Source: Candidatus Latescibacterota bacterium (lineage in GTDB: Bacteria > Latescibacterota > UBA2968). Taken from it: 64,000 nucleotides of DNA. Below the pieces are notes generated by a model. That model ran no database searches. It was not told where the DNA came from and saw only the letters and a program-made list of their open reading frames with translations. The position numbers and the translations under genes were made by a program. The stretch spans positions 1,824,001-1,888,000 of the forward strand of contig OZ240241.1 in assembly GCA_965198115.1 (NCBI GenBank), given 5' to 3'. Positions 42,417 through 51,990 of the stretch are shown here, in pieces; the first letter of the stretch is position 1, and every line of letters starts with the position of its first letter.

Positions 42417-43492
42417 ACCCCAACCGCCTGTTCACGACCAGCCAGCTGACTGACCTTCGCCTTTCCGCCTCCGACGATCTCGATCTCACCTTCCTCCTCC
42501 GACTCACGAGGCAAATAGCAAGCCTGACAGGCCGAGTAGGCCTCAACTCCGAGAGTCTTCCTGTGCAGTTCCCGAGCTTCACGGAACGCGCGTCCATTCC
42601 AGATCTCCAGAATCGTGGATTCACGCACGTCTCCCATGACGTGATCTTCATAGAGGTCGTTGTGGCAAAGGCAGGCTTCGCCTTCGGCGGTGATGAACAG
42701 ACGCTGCCACGGGACGTGGCAGACGAAGTTCGGCTTGTAGGTGATCTGCTCGGGATCATCCTCGCCCAGATAATCGACGAGCGCCCCGCTCGCGACCATA
42801 TCCACGAAAGGGCCGTACGCATCGAAGAAGGCTTGGGGATCATCCTTGATCGCGGGCCAGACGCCCTGGATTTTCACGACCGGCTTAGCAGATCCGAGTC
42901 GCTCCTTAATCGCCTTGAACGCCTTGAGTTTCTCGATCAGCTCGTCATACTTCGCCGGGTACCGGATCTCGTTGTAGGTTTCACCGATTCCGTCCGCGCT
43001 GATCGTGATCCAGTCCATCCCGATTCGGACGAACTTCTCGAACAGCTCCGGCGTGAGCTTGGTTGCATTCGTGAGCGTAGAAACCTCCCGGATTCCCACC
43101 TCTTTCGCCAAGCGGGCGGCTTCATAGAACTGTGGATGAAGAGATGGCTCTCCCCTGAGGCTTAGCCGAATCGAGAAGACGCCTCCCTTCCCGGCCTCGT
43201 GCATGATCTTCTCGATCAGATCCCAGTTGAGAAGCTGTGCCGTTACGTCCTTTTTGAACCTTTCCGTAATGGTGTAGCACATGGGGCAGCGAAGGTTGCA
43301 AACAGCCGCGAGTTCCATGTCGATGTGCTCGGGATACCGCCTCGGCCATCCGAACCTAGGGAAGTAGTGCCACCGAAAACGGTTTCCGATGTAACCGAGC
43401 AGGTGGCCTTTTCCACGTTTCAGGTGGAATCGAAAACTGTCCAGCTTCGAGGACAACGTGAGCATGTCCCTGTTTATGCTAAAAGTAGCCAC
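42413..43492 (-). CDS. Radical SAM/SPASM-domain protein
   Basis: CNLRCPMC, RGEPSLHP, CHVPW..CLC..GDV..IWNG..CQAC. Confidence 0.9.
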   Translation of the reverse strand: MATFSINRDMLTLSSKLDSFRFHLKRGKGHLLGYIGNRFRWHYFPRFGWPRRYPEHIDMELAAVCNLRCPMCYTITERFKKDVTAQLLNWDLIEKIMHEAGKGGVFSIRLSLRGEPSLHPQFYEAARLAKEVGIREVSTLTNATKLTPELFEKFVRIGMDWITISADGIGETYNEIRYPAKYDELIEKLKAFKAIKERLGSAKPVVKIQGVWPAIKDDPQAFFDAYGPFVDMVASGALVDYLGEDDPEQITYKPNFVCHVPWQRLFITAEGEACLCHNDLYEDHVMGDVRESTILEIWNGRAFREARELHRKTLGVEAYSACQACYLPRESEEEGEIEIVGGGKAKVSQLAGREQAVGV

Positions 43493-43495
43493 CCT

Positions 43496-44515
43496 CTACA
43501 CACCTCTTGATAGCAGCTGTTGTCGAACGATGTCCAGAGTCCTCTGACATCCGTCTCCCGGAACGATCTGTTTCCCCGTCCGCGAGTGCCTACTCAGAAC
43601 GCACGGGTCATCCAGCACCTTAATCGAAGATCGAATGACCTCCAGAGAGGTGTTCAGTCCGTTTCCAGCGCAAATGCCAAAACCTCTCCGTTCGAATTCC
43701 TCGCCCTGAAGTCGCTCGTGCTCATCTTCGTAGAGCACGACCGCAGGTGTCCCTACGCACGCCATCTCGTAGAGCGTGTTGCCGCCCGCGGTGATACCCA
43801 TATCGGAATCAAGCAGAAAATCGCTCAGCTCGGGCGGACACACGTGAGGGTGAATGTGTGATCTCGGTCGCGCGAATTCGAGCACCTCATCCCCAAACTC
43901 GAATCCCGGCCCGATAACCACGTCGACTTGGAGCGATTCTTCATCAGACAGTGATTCCAAGACTCTCATCGTAGTCCGTAACCTGTCGACTCCACCCATC
44001 GAAACGACGATCTTTCGCACGCCTGCGTCGAATGCCCGTTCTTCAAGCCGCAATCTTTGAAACCGCTCGTTCAAGCTCAGGAATTCGGCGCCAGCGAAGA
44101 CTTCGGCCGTCGAACCGGGGTAGTCGTGAAAGGAACGAACGATCGAAGTACTGATGATGACGTCCGGGTTAATCGTCCTTCCACCCAGTTCATCGATGCA
44201 CACAACGCAGCCCGCCCAGTTACGCAGCGCCTGAATCTGTTCCTCCGACACCGAGCGAAAGTTCGTCACCGCGATCCTGGCCCCCTCGGCGCATGGATCT
44301 TCGCCCAGGCGACTCAGCACATCGGGCTCCACCGAGCTGAGTGGACGCGCCCAGTCGGCAATCGGCGCCAAATCGGGGTCTACGTGGGCGTATCCTACGG
44401 CTTCCAAGCACGACCACGTGGCTGCTTGAAAAAGGCCGCCCATCTCCACTATATGTCCGGATCCGATCTCGCTAGTGCCCTCAGATAGGAGGACCACGCG
44501 CTGGGACTCGGACAC
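43496..44515 (-). CDS. PseG/SpsG-like nucleotide-sugar hydrolase (GT-B fold)
   Basis: IGSGHI, VSMGGVD, VVIGPGF, AGGNTLYEMACVGTP. Confidence 0.8.
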   Translation of the reverse strand: MSESQRVVLLSEGTSEIGSGHIVEMGGLFQAATWSCLEAVGYAHVDPDLAPIADWARPLSSVEPDVLSRLGEDPCAEGARIAVTNFRSVSEEQIQALRNWAGCVVCIDELGGRTINPDVIISTSIVRSFHDYPGSTAEVFAGAEFLSLNERFQRLRLEERAFDAGVRKIVVSMGGVDRLRTTMRVLESLSDEESLQVDVVIGPGFEFGDEVLEFARPRSHIHPHVCPPELSDFLLDSDMGITAGGNTLYEMACVGTPAVVLYEDEHERLQGEEFERRGFGICAGNGLNTSLEVIRSSIKVLDDPCVLSRHSRTGKQIVPGDGCQRTLDIVRQQLLSRGV

Positions 44516-45546
44516 TAAAGATCGTCCCACGTGATCGGATGGTCCGCCGCGACGTCGCGCCTGAGCGTTCGTCCCAAAGCGATATCCAGGTTCTGCGGAG
44601 CGATACCGTGGCCCGGTCTCTTGATGATCACGTCATCGGCCGACAGGACGTCATCTCTGCTGAGATCTTGAGTGGCGACGAGGCCTTTCCTCGTGTCGGA
44701 TCGCATCTCCGTCTCGGTGGCCGCCGGATTCTTGAATCCGGTACCCAGCATAGACTCCGCCTCCCGTACACTCTCGACGAGGCGTTTCATATCACCCGGA
44801 TCTGCCGAGAAGAAGGCGTCTGGAACATCGAGGTCTCGGCTCAAGACAAAGTGCTTCTCGATCGCCACGGCGCCGAGGGCGACAGCGGCGACCGCGGCCG
44901 TATTCGAACGCGTGTGATCGGACAGACCGACGTGGACGGGAAACGCCCTCGAATACATATCGATCACGCGCAGATCGAGCTGGGACGGGTCTTCGATCGG
45001 GTAATTGGACACGCACTGGAGAACGACTAGGTCCTCGCTCCCCGCTTCGCGATAGGCACGAACGGCGTTGTCCACCTCGGCGAGTGTGGCCATCCCCGTC
45101 GAGAAAATGACCGGCTTTCCAAGCTCACCGACGTGACGAATGAAGGGAAAGTTCGTCAGATCGTCCGACCCGACCTTGTGCACGGACACACCCACACGTT
45201 CCAGCAGGGCTACGTCATCCGGATGACTCGGCGTCGAAAAAGGTACCAGCCCCCGTTCCCTGCAGCGGTCAAAGATGAGACGATGAAGGTCCTCGGAAAT
45301 CTCGTACTGAAGGAATTCCTCGAACTGGTTGACACCGCCTGCTTCGTTCGGGAAGTCCACGTCTCTTGTCGTGATCGTTTCCGCGCGAAACGTCTGGATC
45401 TTCAGCGCGTCCACACCGCATTCAGCTGCAGCGTCGACCGACTCGAGCGCTTCGGCTTCGCTGCTGAAGTTGTAGCCGAGCTCCGCGATCACGAAAACAG
45501 GATGGCCGGGGCCGATGGTCTTTCCTTCGATGTGTATGTCACGCAT
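44515..45546 (-). CDS. Nonulosonic acid synthase (NeuB/PseI/LegI family) with SAF domain
   Basis: FVIAELGYN, KVGSDDLTN, FSTGMAT, QCVSNYP, GLSDHT, IEKHF, KRPGHGI. Confidence 0.93.
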   Translation of the reverse strand: MRDIHIEGKTIGPGHPVFVIAELGYNFSSEAEALESVDAAAECGVDALKIQTFRAETITTRDVDFPNEAGGVNQFEEFLQYEISEDLHRLIFDRCRERGLVPFSTPSHPDDVALLERVGVSVHKVGSDDLTNFPFIRHVGELGKPVIFSTGMATLAEVDNAVRAYREAGSEDLVVLQCVSNYPIEDPSQLDLRVIDMYSRAFPVHVGLSDHTRSNTAAVAAVALGAVAIEKHFVLSRDLDVPDAFFSADPGDMKRLVESVREAESMLGTGFKNPAATETEMRSDTRKGLVATQDLSRDDVLSADDVIIKRPGHGIAPQNLDIALGRTLRRDVAADHPITWDDL

Positions 45547-46258
45547 GTTCAGAAAATGCGCCGTCCAAAACACACCTGTAGCAGTCATAAACAAGGTTCG
45601 CGTTCGATCCGCTGAACAAGAAATCAAGGGCTGACATGTGTGAGATGAACGGCTCGTTGGTCTGAGGATAGGTCGGATGAATGAAATCGTGATAGACGAC
45701 TCGGATCCCTCTCGTCTTGAAGGCGTCGAAGTCCAGATAGTTCCTTCCGTCAGGTCCTGAGATGTAGACGGACGCCCCCGTCGCGAGGCACAGCCGAAGG
45801 ATGAGATCGCTTCCGCTGCACTCGGGTTTTGCGATCTCCGAGGAGAGTCGCGTTACTGTATCGATTCCCAGCGCGAGTGCGAGTCTCCGTGAAAGTGACA
45901 GGTTCAGGTCGACGAGTCGCTCGTGATGGGTCTCGATGACCTCGGAGATCCACGGGAAACACGTTGCGAAACCGGGTGCCGATCCGTAGTGCGTAGAAAG
46001 CGCCGTCAGGTATTTCCTGCGCCAGTTGCTCTGTTCGTCGATCAGGACCTCGTTAATCCTCTGAGTGTAGCGTCCCTTCGTCTGCACGGGCACGGTGATC
46101 CACTGCGTTCCGTCCCTGGTTCTTATTTTGTTGCGGTTCTCGAAGTAGCGCTTCTTGAACTGCACATCGTCCAGGTGCACGAATAGATCGACCTGGCTCA
46201 TCTTGTTAAAGTATCCGATCCAAGGCGCGTGCTCGGGCTGTTGTATGGCGACGATCAT
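45539..46258 (-). CDS. WbqC-family protein
   Basis: IQQPEHAPWIGYFNK, DDVQF, NRNKI, YISGPDGRNYL, HPTYPQ. Confidence 0.9.
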   Translation of the reverse strand: MIVAIQQPEHAPWIGYFNKMSQVDLFVHLDDVQFKKRYFENRNKIRTRDGTQWITVPVQTKGRYTQRINEVLIDEQSNWRRKYLTALSTHYGSAPGFATCFPWISEVIETHHERLVDLNLSLSRRLALALGIDTVTRLSSEIAKPECSGSDLILRLCLATGASVYISGPDGRNYLDFDAFKTRGIRVVYHDFIHPTYPQTNEPFISHMSALDFLFSGSNANLVYDCYRCVLDGAFSEHA

Positions 46259-46278
46259 TGAGGGTCTTAGTAGGTTGT

Positions 46279-47232
46279 TTAGAGCCCGCTCCGAATATGG
46301 TCCGCTCCCTTTTCCTCTTCCTCCTGCCTCTGAGCCCGCTCTCTGTACCAGTCAATGTACCGACGGACCCCCTCTTCGAAAATCGTCTGCGGGACCCAGC
46401 CCAGCTCCTGCTTCGCACGCTCGCTGGAGATCTCCTTGCCCGAGAAATCCCCGGGCCGGGCTGGGACGTGTTCGATCTCCACGTTGCCGAGAATCTTCTT
46501 GATGGTTTCCGCTATCTGTAGAATGGAAACCTTCTCGGAGCCGTCGAGATTGTATATGCGGTGCTTCTCAGTGCATTTCAGCGCCTTGACGTTCCCGAGC
46601 GCCAGGTCCTCGACGTAGACGAACTTGCGGAACTGAAGACCGTCACCCGCAATCGTCAGGGGTTCGCCGTTCAGGGCTTTGTTGACGAAGATCGGAACGA
46701 CAGCGCCGTCGCGGGCTCGCGGGCCGTAGGGAATCCCATAGCGAAGCACTGTGGTCTTGATGTCATACAGTTCCGCATAGCTTTTGGAGTAGTACTCGCC
46801 GACGATCTTGGTTGCCGTATAAAGATGTGATGGAGAGTGCAGTGGAGTCGATTCATCCACGTCACTGCTGTCTGCCTCGCTATATACCCACGTTGTACTG
46901 CCGTAGATAACCTGGCGAATGTCCGTCCGCCGCGCCGCCTCGAGCACATTGATGGTCCCGCGGACGTTGATCTCCTCCGAGTAGTGCGGCGCTTCGAAGA
47001 CATCCTTGACGTCCGCGATCGCCGCAAGGTGAAACACGGCATAGACGCCTGACATGGCGCCGATCAGAGCCTGGAGATCGAGAATGCTGCCAGGCACATA
47101 CTCGACGTCGGGTCGCTTCAGATACGTGTTATGAGTAAGGTCGAAAACCCGTACTTCGATTTCGTTGTCTCGTAACTTGTCGACAACGTGGGACCCGATG
47201 AATCCCAGTCCCCCCGTAACCAGAACCTTCAC
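46279..47232 (-). CDS. NAD-dependent epimerase/dehydratase
   Basis: GTG start after GAGGAGG. TGGLGFIG, YTATK, YGPR, RPGD. Confidence 0.9.
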   Translation of the reverse strand: MKVLVTGGLGFIGSHVVDKLRDNEIEVRVFDLTHNTYLKRPDVEYVPGSILDLQALIGAMSGVYAVFHLAAIADVKDVFEAPHYSEEINVRGTINVLEAARRTDIRQVIYGSTTWVYSEADSSDVDESTPLHSPSHLYTATKIVGEYYSKSYAELYDIKTTVLRYGIPYGPRARDGAVVPIFVNKALNGEPLTIAGDGLQFRKFVYVEDLALGNVKALKCTEKHRIYNLDGSEKVSILQIAETIKKILGNVEIEHVPARPGDFSGKEISSERAKQELGWVPQTIFEEGVRRYIDWYRERAQRQEEEEKGADHIRSGL

Positions 47233-47251
47233 TGTCCCTCCTCGATCTTCG

Positions 47252-48271
47252 TTATTCCGCGCCGTGGTAGTAGAGCGGCACGCACCAGTGGTTCTCGGCG
47301 AGCCAGTCCGTGTTCGGCAGCACCGTGTCGTGACCCAGAATGCGATGGCAGGGCTGGCCATAGACCTTGCCCGTCGACTTCTCGATGGGGTCGAACGTGA
47401 TGTACTTGTATAAACCCGACGTCATCCCGTCGGGAAGCACCAGTCTGCCCGGATGCGCGTGGTCCAGTTCGCTCCGCGCGTAGTCGTTCTTCCATCGTAC
47501 GATCTCCTCCATCCGCTCCGCCTGGACCACGCCGACGGCCGCCGTGATCTCGCTCATGCGGAAGTTCAGGCCGGTCACTTCGTGCTCGAACTTCCCGTAA
47601 TTCCTGAACTTGCGGGCATAGGCCTCGAGCTCGCTGTCCCCTGTCACCAGCATGCCGCCTTCGCCTGTGGAGACCGTCTTCGTGGCGTAGAAGGAGTACA
47701 CGCCGGCATCCCCCCACGTCCCGGGCTTCTTGCCGTTCCAGTCGGCGCCGTGGGCGTGGGCGCAGTCCTCGAGCAGCCTGATATCATTGTCCCTGCAGTA
47801 GGCCGCGATCTTTTCGATCTCGAAGGCGATGTGCCCCCCGATGTGCACGACCCACGCGGCTTTCGGTCTGTGCATCTCTGCTTTCCGAACGAAGTCGTCG
47901 AACGAGACGCACAGGTCGTCCCGGTTACAGTCCACGAAGACGACCTCGCCTCCAGCGCTGAGGACCGCGTTCGGCGTGGCCATAAACGTGTTGGACGGAC
48001 AGAGCACCTTGTGGCCGGTTACTTCGTAGAAACTGAGTGCCGCAAGAGCGCCACCCGCCCAGCTCGAGAAGGCGACGGATGGCAGTCCGTTCCACGCGCC
48101 CCACTGGGCCTCGAATTGCTCAGTCAGCCGTCCCTCGGACCAGCGCTGGGATTCGAACACCTCATCGATCAAACCGTGCACACGGTCGCGATCTCTCTGA
48201 TCGAACCCGATTCTGAACTGGCTGGCATCCACCGCTTGAATCGTCTGAGTCACGTTCCCCTCGCCGTTCAC
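47252..48271 (-). CDS. DegT/DnrJ/EryC1/StrS-family sugar aminotransferase (short form)
   Basis: EDCAHAHG, YSFYATKTVSTGEGG, GLNFRMSE. Confidence 0.9.
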   Translation of the reverse strand: MNGEGNVTQTIQAVDASQFRIGFDQRDRDRVHGLIDEVFESQRWSEGRLTEQFEAQWGAWNGLPSVAFSSWAGGALAALSFYEVTGHKVLCPSNTFMATPNAVLSAGGEVVFVDCNRDDLCVSFDDFVRKAEMHRPKAAWVVHIGGHIAFEIEKIAAYCRDNDIRLLEDCAHAHGADWNGKKPGTWGDAGVYSFYATKTVSTGEGGMLVTGDSELEAYARKFRNYGKFEHEVTGLNFRMSEITAAVGVVQAERMEEIVRWKNDYARSELDHAHPGRLVLPDGMTSGLYKYITFDPIEKSTGKVYGQPCHRILGHDTVLPNTDWLAENHWCVPLYYHGAE

Positions 48272-48888
48272 GAAAGCTTCCAGATCAGCCGTTCCTCAAC
48301 GCCGACATCGATCAGTTGGTGCTCGGAATCGTCGAGGTTTTCCAGGTCCGTGATGAGCACCGCATCGAATTCCAGTCCGGAGAGCTGCGCCTTCCGTCGG
48401 ACTGGAAGCCCGAAGCAGTCCTGGCCGTCTGTCTTGTCGTCGACCACCCCAACCAGGCGAATGTCCGCCAGCTCGGATTCCACGCCCACCAGAATGCGGA
48501 CGATGTCGCTTGCTCCATAGAGCAACACATTCCGTACACCGTCGGCCGCCATGCTTCGGATGCAGTCGCGGAGCTTCGACTCGACACGCGAATAGAAGTC
48601 TAACGTGAATCGCAGGAAGCCGTACGTCAGCTGCGACTTCATCTTCATCCCCGCGGGCGTGAGGATATACAGATACGCGCGCTTGTCTGGATTCTGGCGC
48701 ACACGCTGAAACTTGACGTAACCCTTTTCCAGGAGCTTGTGCAGGCAGTAGTTGACCTTCTTGAGGTTGAGCCCTGTCTCTTTCGCGAGCTCGCGCTGCG
48801 TCGTGTTCTCGCGATTCTCAAGGGCCTCCATGACGGCGAGCAGGCCGAGGTCGTCTCTTGTCTGAGAGCTTTGTTTGAGGATTTCCAT
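48268..48888 (-). CDS. EPS-associated MarR-like winged-helix regulator with C-terminal Rossmann-like domain
   Basis: TQRELAKETGLNL.KVNYCL..L..KGYVK...YLYILTPAG; VLLYGA. Confidence 0.85.
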   Translation of the reverse strand: MEILKQSSQTRDDLGLLAVMEALENRENTTQRELAKETGLNLKKVNYCLHKLLEKGYVKFQRVRQNPDKRAYLYILTPAGMKMKSQLTYGFLRFTLDFYSRVESKLRDCIRSMAADGVRNVLLYGASDIVRILVGVESELADIRLVGVVDDKTDGQDCFGLPVRRKAQLSGLEFDAVLITDLENLDDSEHQLIDVGVEERLIWKLS

Positions 48889-48893
48889 GGGTC

Positions 48894-49835
48894 TCAGGCC
48901 GCGCGCGGGAGAAGGTCGGAAACCGTACGGGCAACACCTTCCTGGACGGACGTCGTAGGCGACCAATCCAACGTCTTCATCGCCAGCGCGTTGTCCAGCA
49001 CACTTCTCGACAGATCTCCGGCCCGAGGGCCGCACTCGTCGGGCTGAACGCCGGGCCTGTCGAGTGCCTGGACGACAAGACTCAGAAGATCCCTCGTCGT
49101 CGTCTCGACGGACGTCGAGATGTTGACCGTGGTACCGTCCCCGGCCGATAAGGCCGCCACGTTGGCATCGGCCACTTCACCAACGTAGACGTAGTCCCGC
49201 GTACACCCTTCATCTCCCGCTGCTCTGGCGCCATAGAGGGTGGGGCGGGATCCACCGAGGATCGCATCGCAGAAAAGCGCCACGACGCCGGCTTCGCCCG
49301 CTGCGCTCTGCCGGGGTCCGTAGACGTTGCTGTATCTCAGGATGGTGTAGGCCAGACCGTGATGGCGCTCGAAGAACTGCACATACGACTCACAGGTCGC
49401 CTTCGAGATCCCATAGGGCGTCGACGGACGGAAAGGTGCGCCCTCTGGGGTCGGGAAAACATCCGCATCCCCGTAGACCGTTCCCCCCGACGAGGCGAAA
49501 ATGACTTTCTCCACACCCGCGGCAACGCTCTGCTGGAGAACGTTTATCGTGCCGGCGATGTTGATGTCGGCGTCCTCGGCGGGATGCCTAACGGAGTAGG
49601 AAACGCTGAGCTGAGCGGCCTGGTGATTCACCAGTTCCGGTTGAAAGTCCAAGAACAGATCACCCAGGTCCGCGGATCTGATGTCCAGTTCGGAGAACCG
49701 GCAACCCGGGTTCACTTTTTCCCGGCGACCGCTGGACAGGTCGTCCACGACGATTACCTCGTGGCCCAGCCTCACGTAGGCGTCGACCACGTGAGACCCG
49801 ATGAAACCCGCGCCACCGGTAACCAAGATCCTCAT
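48894..49835 (-). CDS. UDP-glucose 4-epimerase-like NAD-dependent epimerase
   Basis: TGGAGFIGSH, HQAAQ, SSGGTVYG, YGISK, NVYGPRQ. Confidence 0.9.
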   Translation of the reverse strand: MRILVTGGAGFIGSHVVDAYVRLGHEVIVVDDLSSGRREKVNPGCRFSELDIRSADLGDLFLDFQPELVNHQAAQLSVSYSVRHPAEDADINIAGTINVLQQSVAAGVEKVIFASSGGTVYGDADVFPTPEGAPFRPSTPYGISKATCESYVQFFERHHGLAYTILRYSNVYGPRQSAAGEAGVVALFCDAILGGSRPTLYGARAAGDEGCTRDYVYVGEVADANVAALSAGDGTTVNISTSVETTTRDLLSLVVQALDRPGVQPDECGPRAGDLSRSVLDNALAMKTLDWSPTTSVQEGVARTVSDLLPRAA

Positions 49836-49859
49836 AGACAGGGAACACTCCGATCAGGA

Positions 49860-49913
49860 TGTAATGTTTCCAATGGTAACATTACACAAGCCCTGTGTCA
49901 AGTGGATGTTACC
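49860..49913 (-). promoter_or_regulatory. Sigma70-type promoter with overlapping inverted-repeat operator
   Basis: Minus strand TTGACA (49901-49896), 17 bp, TACCAT (49878-49873) with extended TG. Inverted repeat tgtaatgtt-N9-aacattaca at 49860-49886. Confidence 0.75.
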
Positions 49914-49949
49914 TTCCGCAACACCAACCGCATGCCGCACGGGACGCGC

Positions 49950-50978
49950 TCACACGCGCTGCGCTACAATGCGCAGGTTTCCGGCCAGACCCAGTCTGCT
50001 TGGCAGCAGGTCCACGAGAACGAAAAATGCCATCAGAACGGGGTTGTTCAGGTTGAATGCGGGGGCCAACCACGATCCCGCACTACTGTCCTGAAGGGCA
50101 TGGTTGATCGACCAAAGCCAGATGATGGGTGCCACGTAGGTTGAGAGCGACAGCACTCGGAAGCCGTGGCTCCTCAGTAGATGTTCGACCGTGGCCTTGT
50201 TCCAAAGGGTCCAGTGTCTCGGAAAGTAGAATCCCGCCCATTGGGGATCGCGAAAGAAACGTCTGTCCCAAGAATCGACATTCGGCGTCTCGATCAGCAG
50301 GTGTCCGCCCAGCCGCATAGCTCGCCAGACCTTCTTCAGTACCTCAGATGGGTCGGCAACGTGCTCGAGGACCTGCAAGATCGTAACGACATCGAATGCG
50401 TCTCGACGCAGATCTGAGTCCTCGATTCGCCCGGGCAGACTGCGGAATCCCTGGGCACGCAGTTTTTCAGTCGCATGGGGCCCGAAGTCATTGCCAACCA
50501 GGTTGCTGGGTGGAACGCCCAGCGAACGGAAGACTTCCAGAGTGAACCCGTCCCCGCAACCGATATCCAGAACGTTCAGCCCCTCCCTCTCGGCGTACCC
50601 TGGAAGGATCCGGCCGATTTTACGTCGATCTCGGTAAGCTCGAAACCGCCGCACGAGTGGATTGCCGGCCTTGCTGAAGCTGTAGGAGTAGTAGTCTGCT
50701 GAGTATAGCTTTTCCAGTGACTCCGCTGTCGGTCGTGGATTCAGGTAGTAGGTGGCGCAATCGCAACACGCTACCATTCTGAATCGCTGTTCCTTCGGAC
50801 ATCCTCCCTCATAGTCCCTTCCGACTGCCACTATTCTGAAGTCCGTGCCTCCACACGCGGGGCACGCTACTTCCTCAACGGCCAGCTTTTTGACCAAGTC
50901 ATTTGACTCAAACGGTTCACTCGCTGTGGGATGATCGCACAAAAGTCGAGTGCTATCGGCCTGATGCTGGACCGGCAT
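49950..50978 (-). CDS. Class I SAM methyltransferase with N-terminal Zn ribbon
   Basis: CPACG..CCDC..YLNPRP, LDIGCGDG, VLEHVADP, ETPN, PRH. Start uncertain. Confidence 0.88.
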   Translation of the reverse strand: MPVQHQADSTRLLCDHPTASEPFESNDLVKKLAVEEVACPACGGTDFRIVAVGRDYEGGCPKEQRFRMVACCDCATYYLNPRPTAESLEKLYSADYYSYSFSKAGNPLVRRFRAYRDRRKIGRILPGYAEREGLNVLDIGCGDGFTLEVFRSLGVPPSNLVGNDFGPHATEKLRAQGFRSLPGRIEDSDLRRDAFDVVTILQVLEHVADPSEVLKKVWRAMRLGGHLLIETPNVDSWDRRFFRDPQWAGFYFPRHWTLWNKATVEHLLRSHGFRVLSLSTYVAPIIWLWSINHALQDSSAGSWLAPAFNLNNPVLMAFFVLVDLLPSRLGLAGNLRIVAQRV

Positions 50979-51939
50979 CTGGGGGAGCCACGCTTATGCC
51001 GAATCCCGGGTTCGAAGAGAGCTGCCAGATCGTATTCACGTACCCATCGACCCACTCGAAAACGCGCCGATCGTAGTAGCCCCGCGACTGAAGCGTACGT
51101 CGCAGCTCCGGCAGCTTGTGAAACGGGATTCCTGGTGTTAGGTGATGCTCGTGGTGGTAGTGGAAACCGACTGGGGCGATCAGAAAACGCTCGAGGAAAC
51201 CGGCTCTGACGCATCTGGTCACCGCTGGAACCTTGACCAATCCGACATCGCAGACATCGCTGCTCGGCTGGTGCTCGACGGCGGTCCGGAGGTTAACGAT
51301 CAGCATACCCACAGCAAAGAGGGGCAAGCCCCACAGAAGGAAGTAGAGATACCAGTAGCCCTGGGACGCACAGAGGGCGAAGACACCGGCGTTCCAGATC
51401 ACGAATCCAACGCACGAGGTGAACGTACGCCTCGGCATCTCTTGCTCAGCGCGCGCTTCGCCGAGCATTCGGTACCGTCTCAGGATTCTTAGCAGAGAGT
51501 CGCCCCCGAGATGGCGTAGAACCTCAGTGAACAAGGTGCCGCCCCTTAGACAGACCCACGCAGCGAGGTCGATCTCGCGATCCGGATCCCCCAGGTATCG
51601 GTGATGTCGTAGATGCTGCCATCGGTATTGCCGAACGGCAAGGCCCAGACTACCAGAGACGGACATATCCGCGATCAGATCGTTCAGCCCTCTGTTTCGT
51701 GTCAGATTGTAGTGAGACGCTTCGTGGTTCCACGACACGAGCCGGTTCTGAACGCAGCCCATGGCGATGAAGCACAGCGCCCAGGCGTAAGGGGACGGCA
51801 CATAGATCGCGACCTGCAGTATAGCGAACACCGCTAACCACGTTGCCACGATGCCACCTACCACACGGATCGGGCTGATTCTGTTCAGGGAATCGAGCTC
51901 ATCCTGCGTGAGCCAGGCGTTGATGTTGCGATCGTTCAC
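50953..51939 (-). CDS. Membrane fatty-acid desaturase family protein
   Basis: Three His boxes HEASH, HLRHH and HHEHH, with TM segments. Confidence 0.9.
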   Translation of the reverse strand: MNDRNINAWLTQDELDSLNRISPIRVVGGIVATWLAVFAILQVAIYVPSPYAWALCFIAMGCVQNRLVSWNHEASHYNLTRNRGLNDLIADMSVSGSLGLAVRQYRWQHLRHHRYLGDPDREIDLAAWVCLRGGTLFTEVLRHLGGDSLLRILRRYRMLGEARAEQEMPRRTFTSCVGFVIWNAGVFALCASQGYWYLYFLLWGLPLFAVGMLIVNLRTAVEHQPSSDVCDVGLVKVPAVTRCVRAGFLERFLIAPVGFHYHHEHHLTPGIPFHKLPELRRTLQSRGYYDRRVFEWVDGYVNTIWQLSSNPGFGISVAPPDAGPASGR

Positions 51940-51990
51940 GACCGAGTCACTCCCACGCCGTTTTCATCTGGCAACCGACACTACCACACC

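Noticed and set aside
18980-43492. Radical SAM/SPASM genes plus AsnB-like genes as a RiPP or lasso-peptide cluster
   Set aside because: No precursor peptide, RRE domain or lasso protease is visible, the AsnB proteins keep the glutaminase domain, and the context is sugar biosynthesis.
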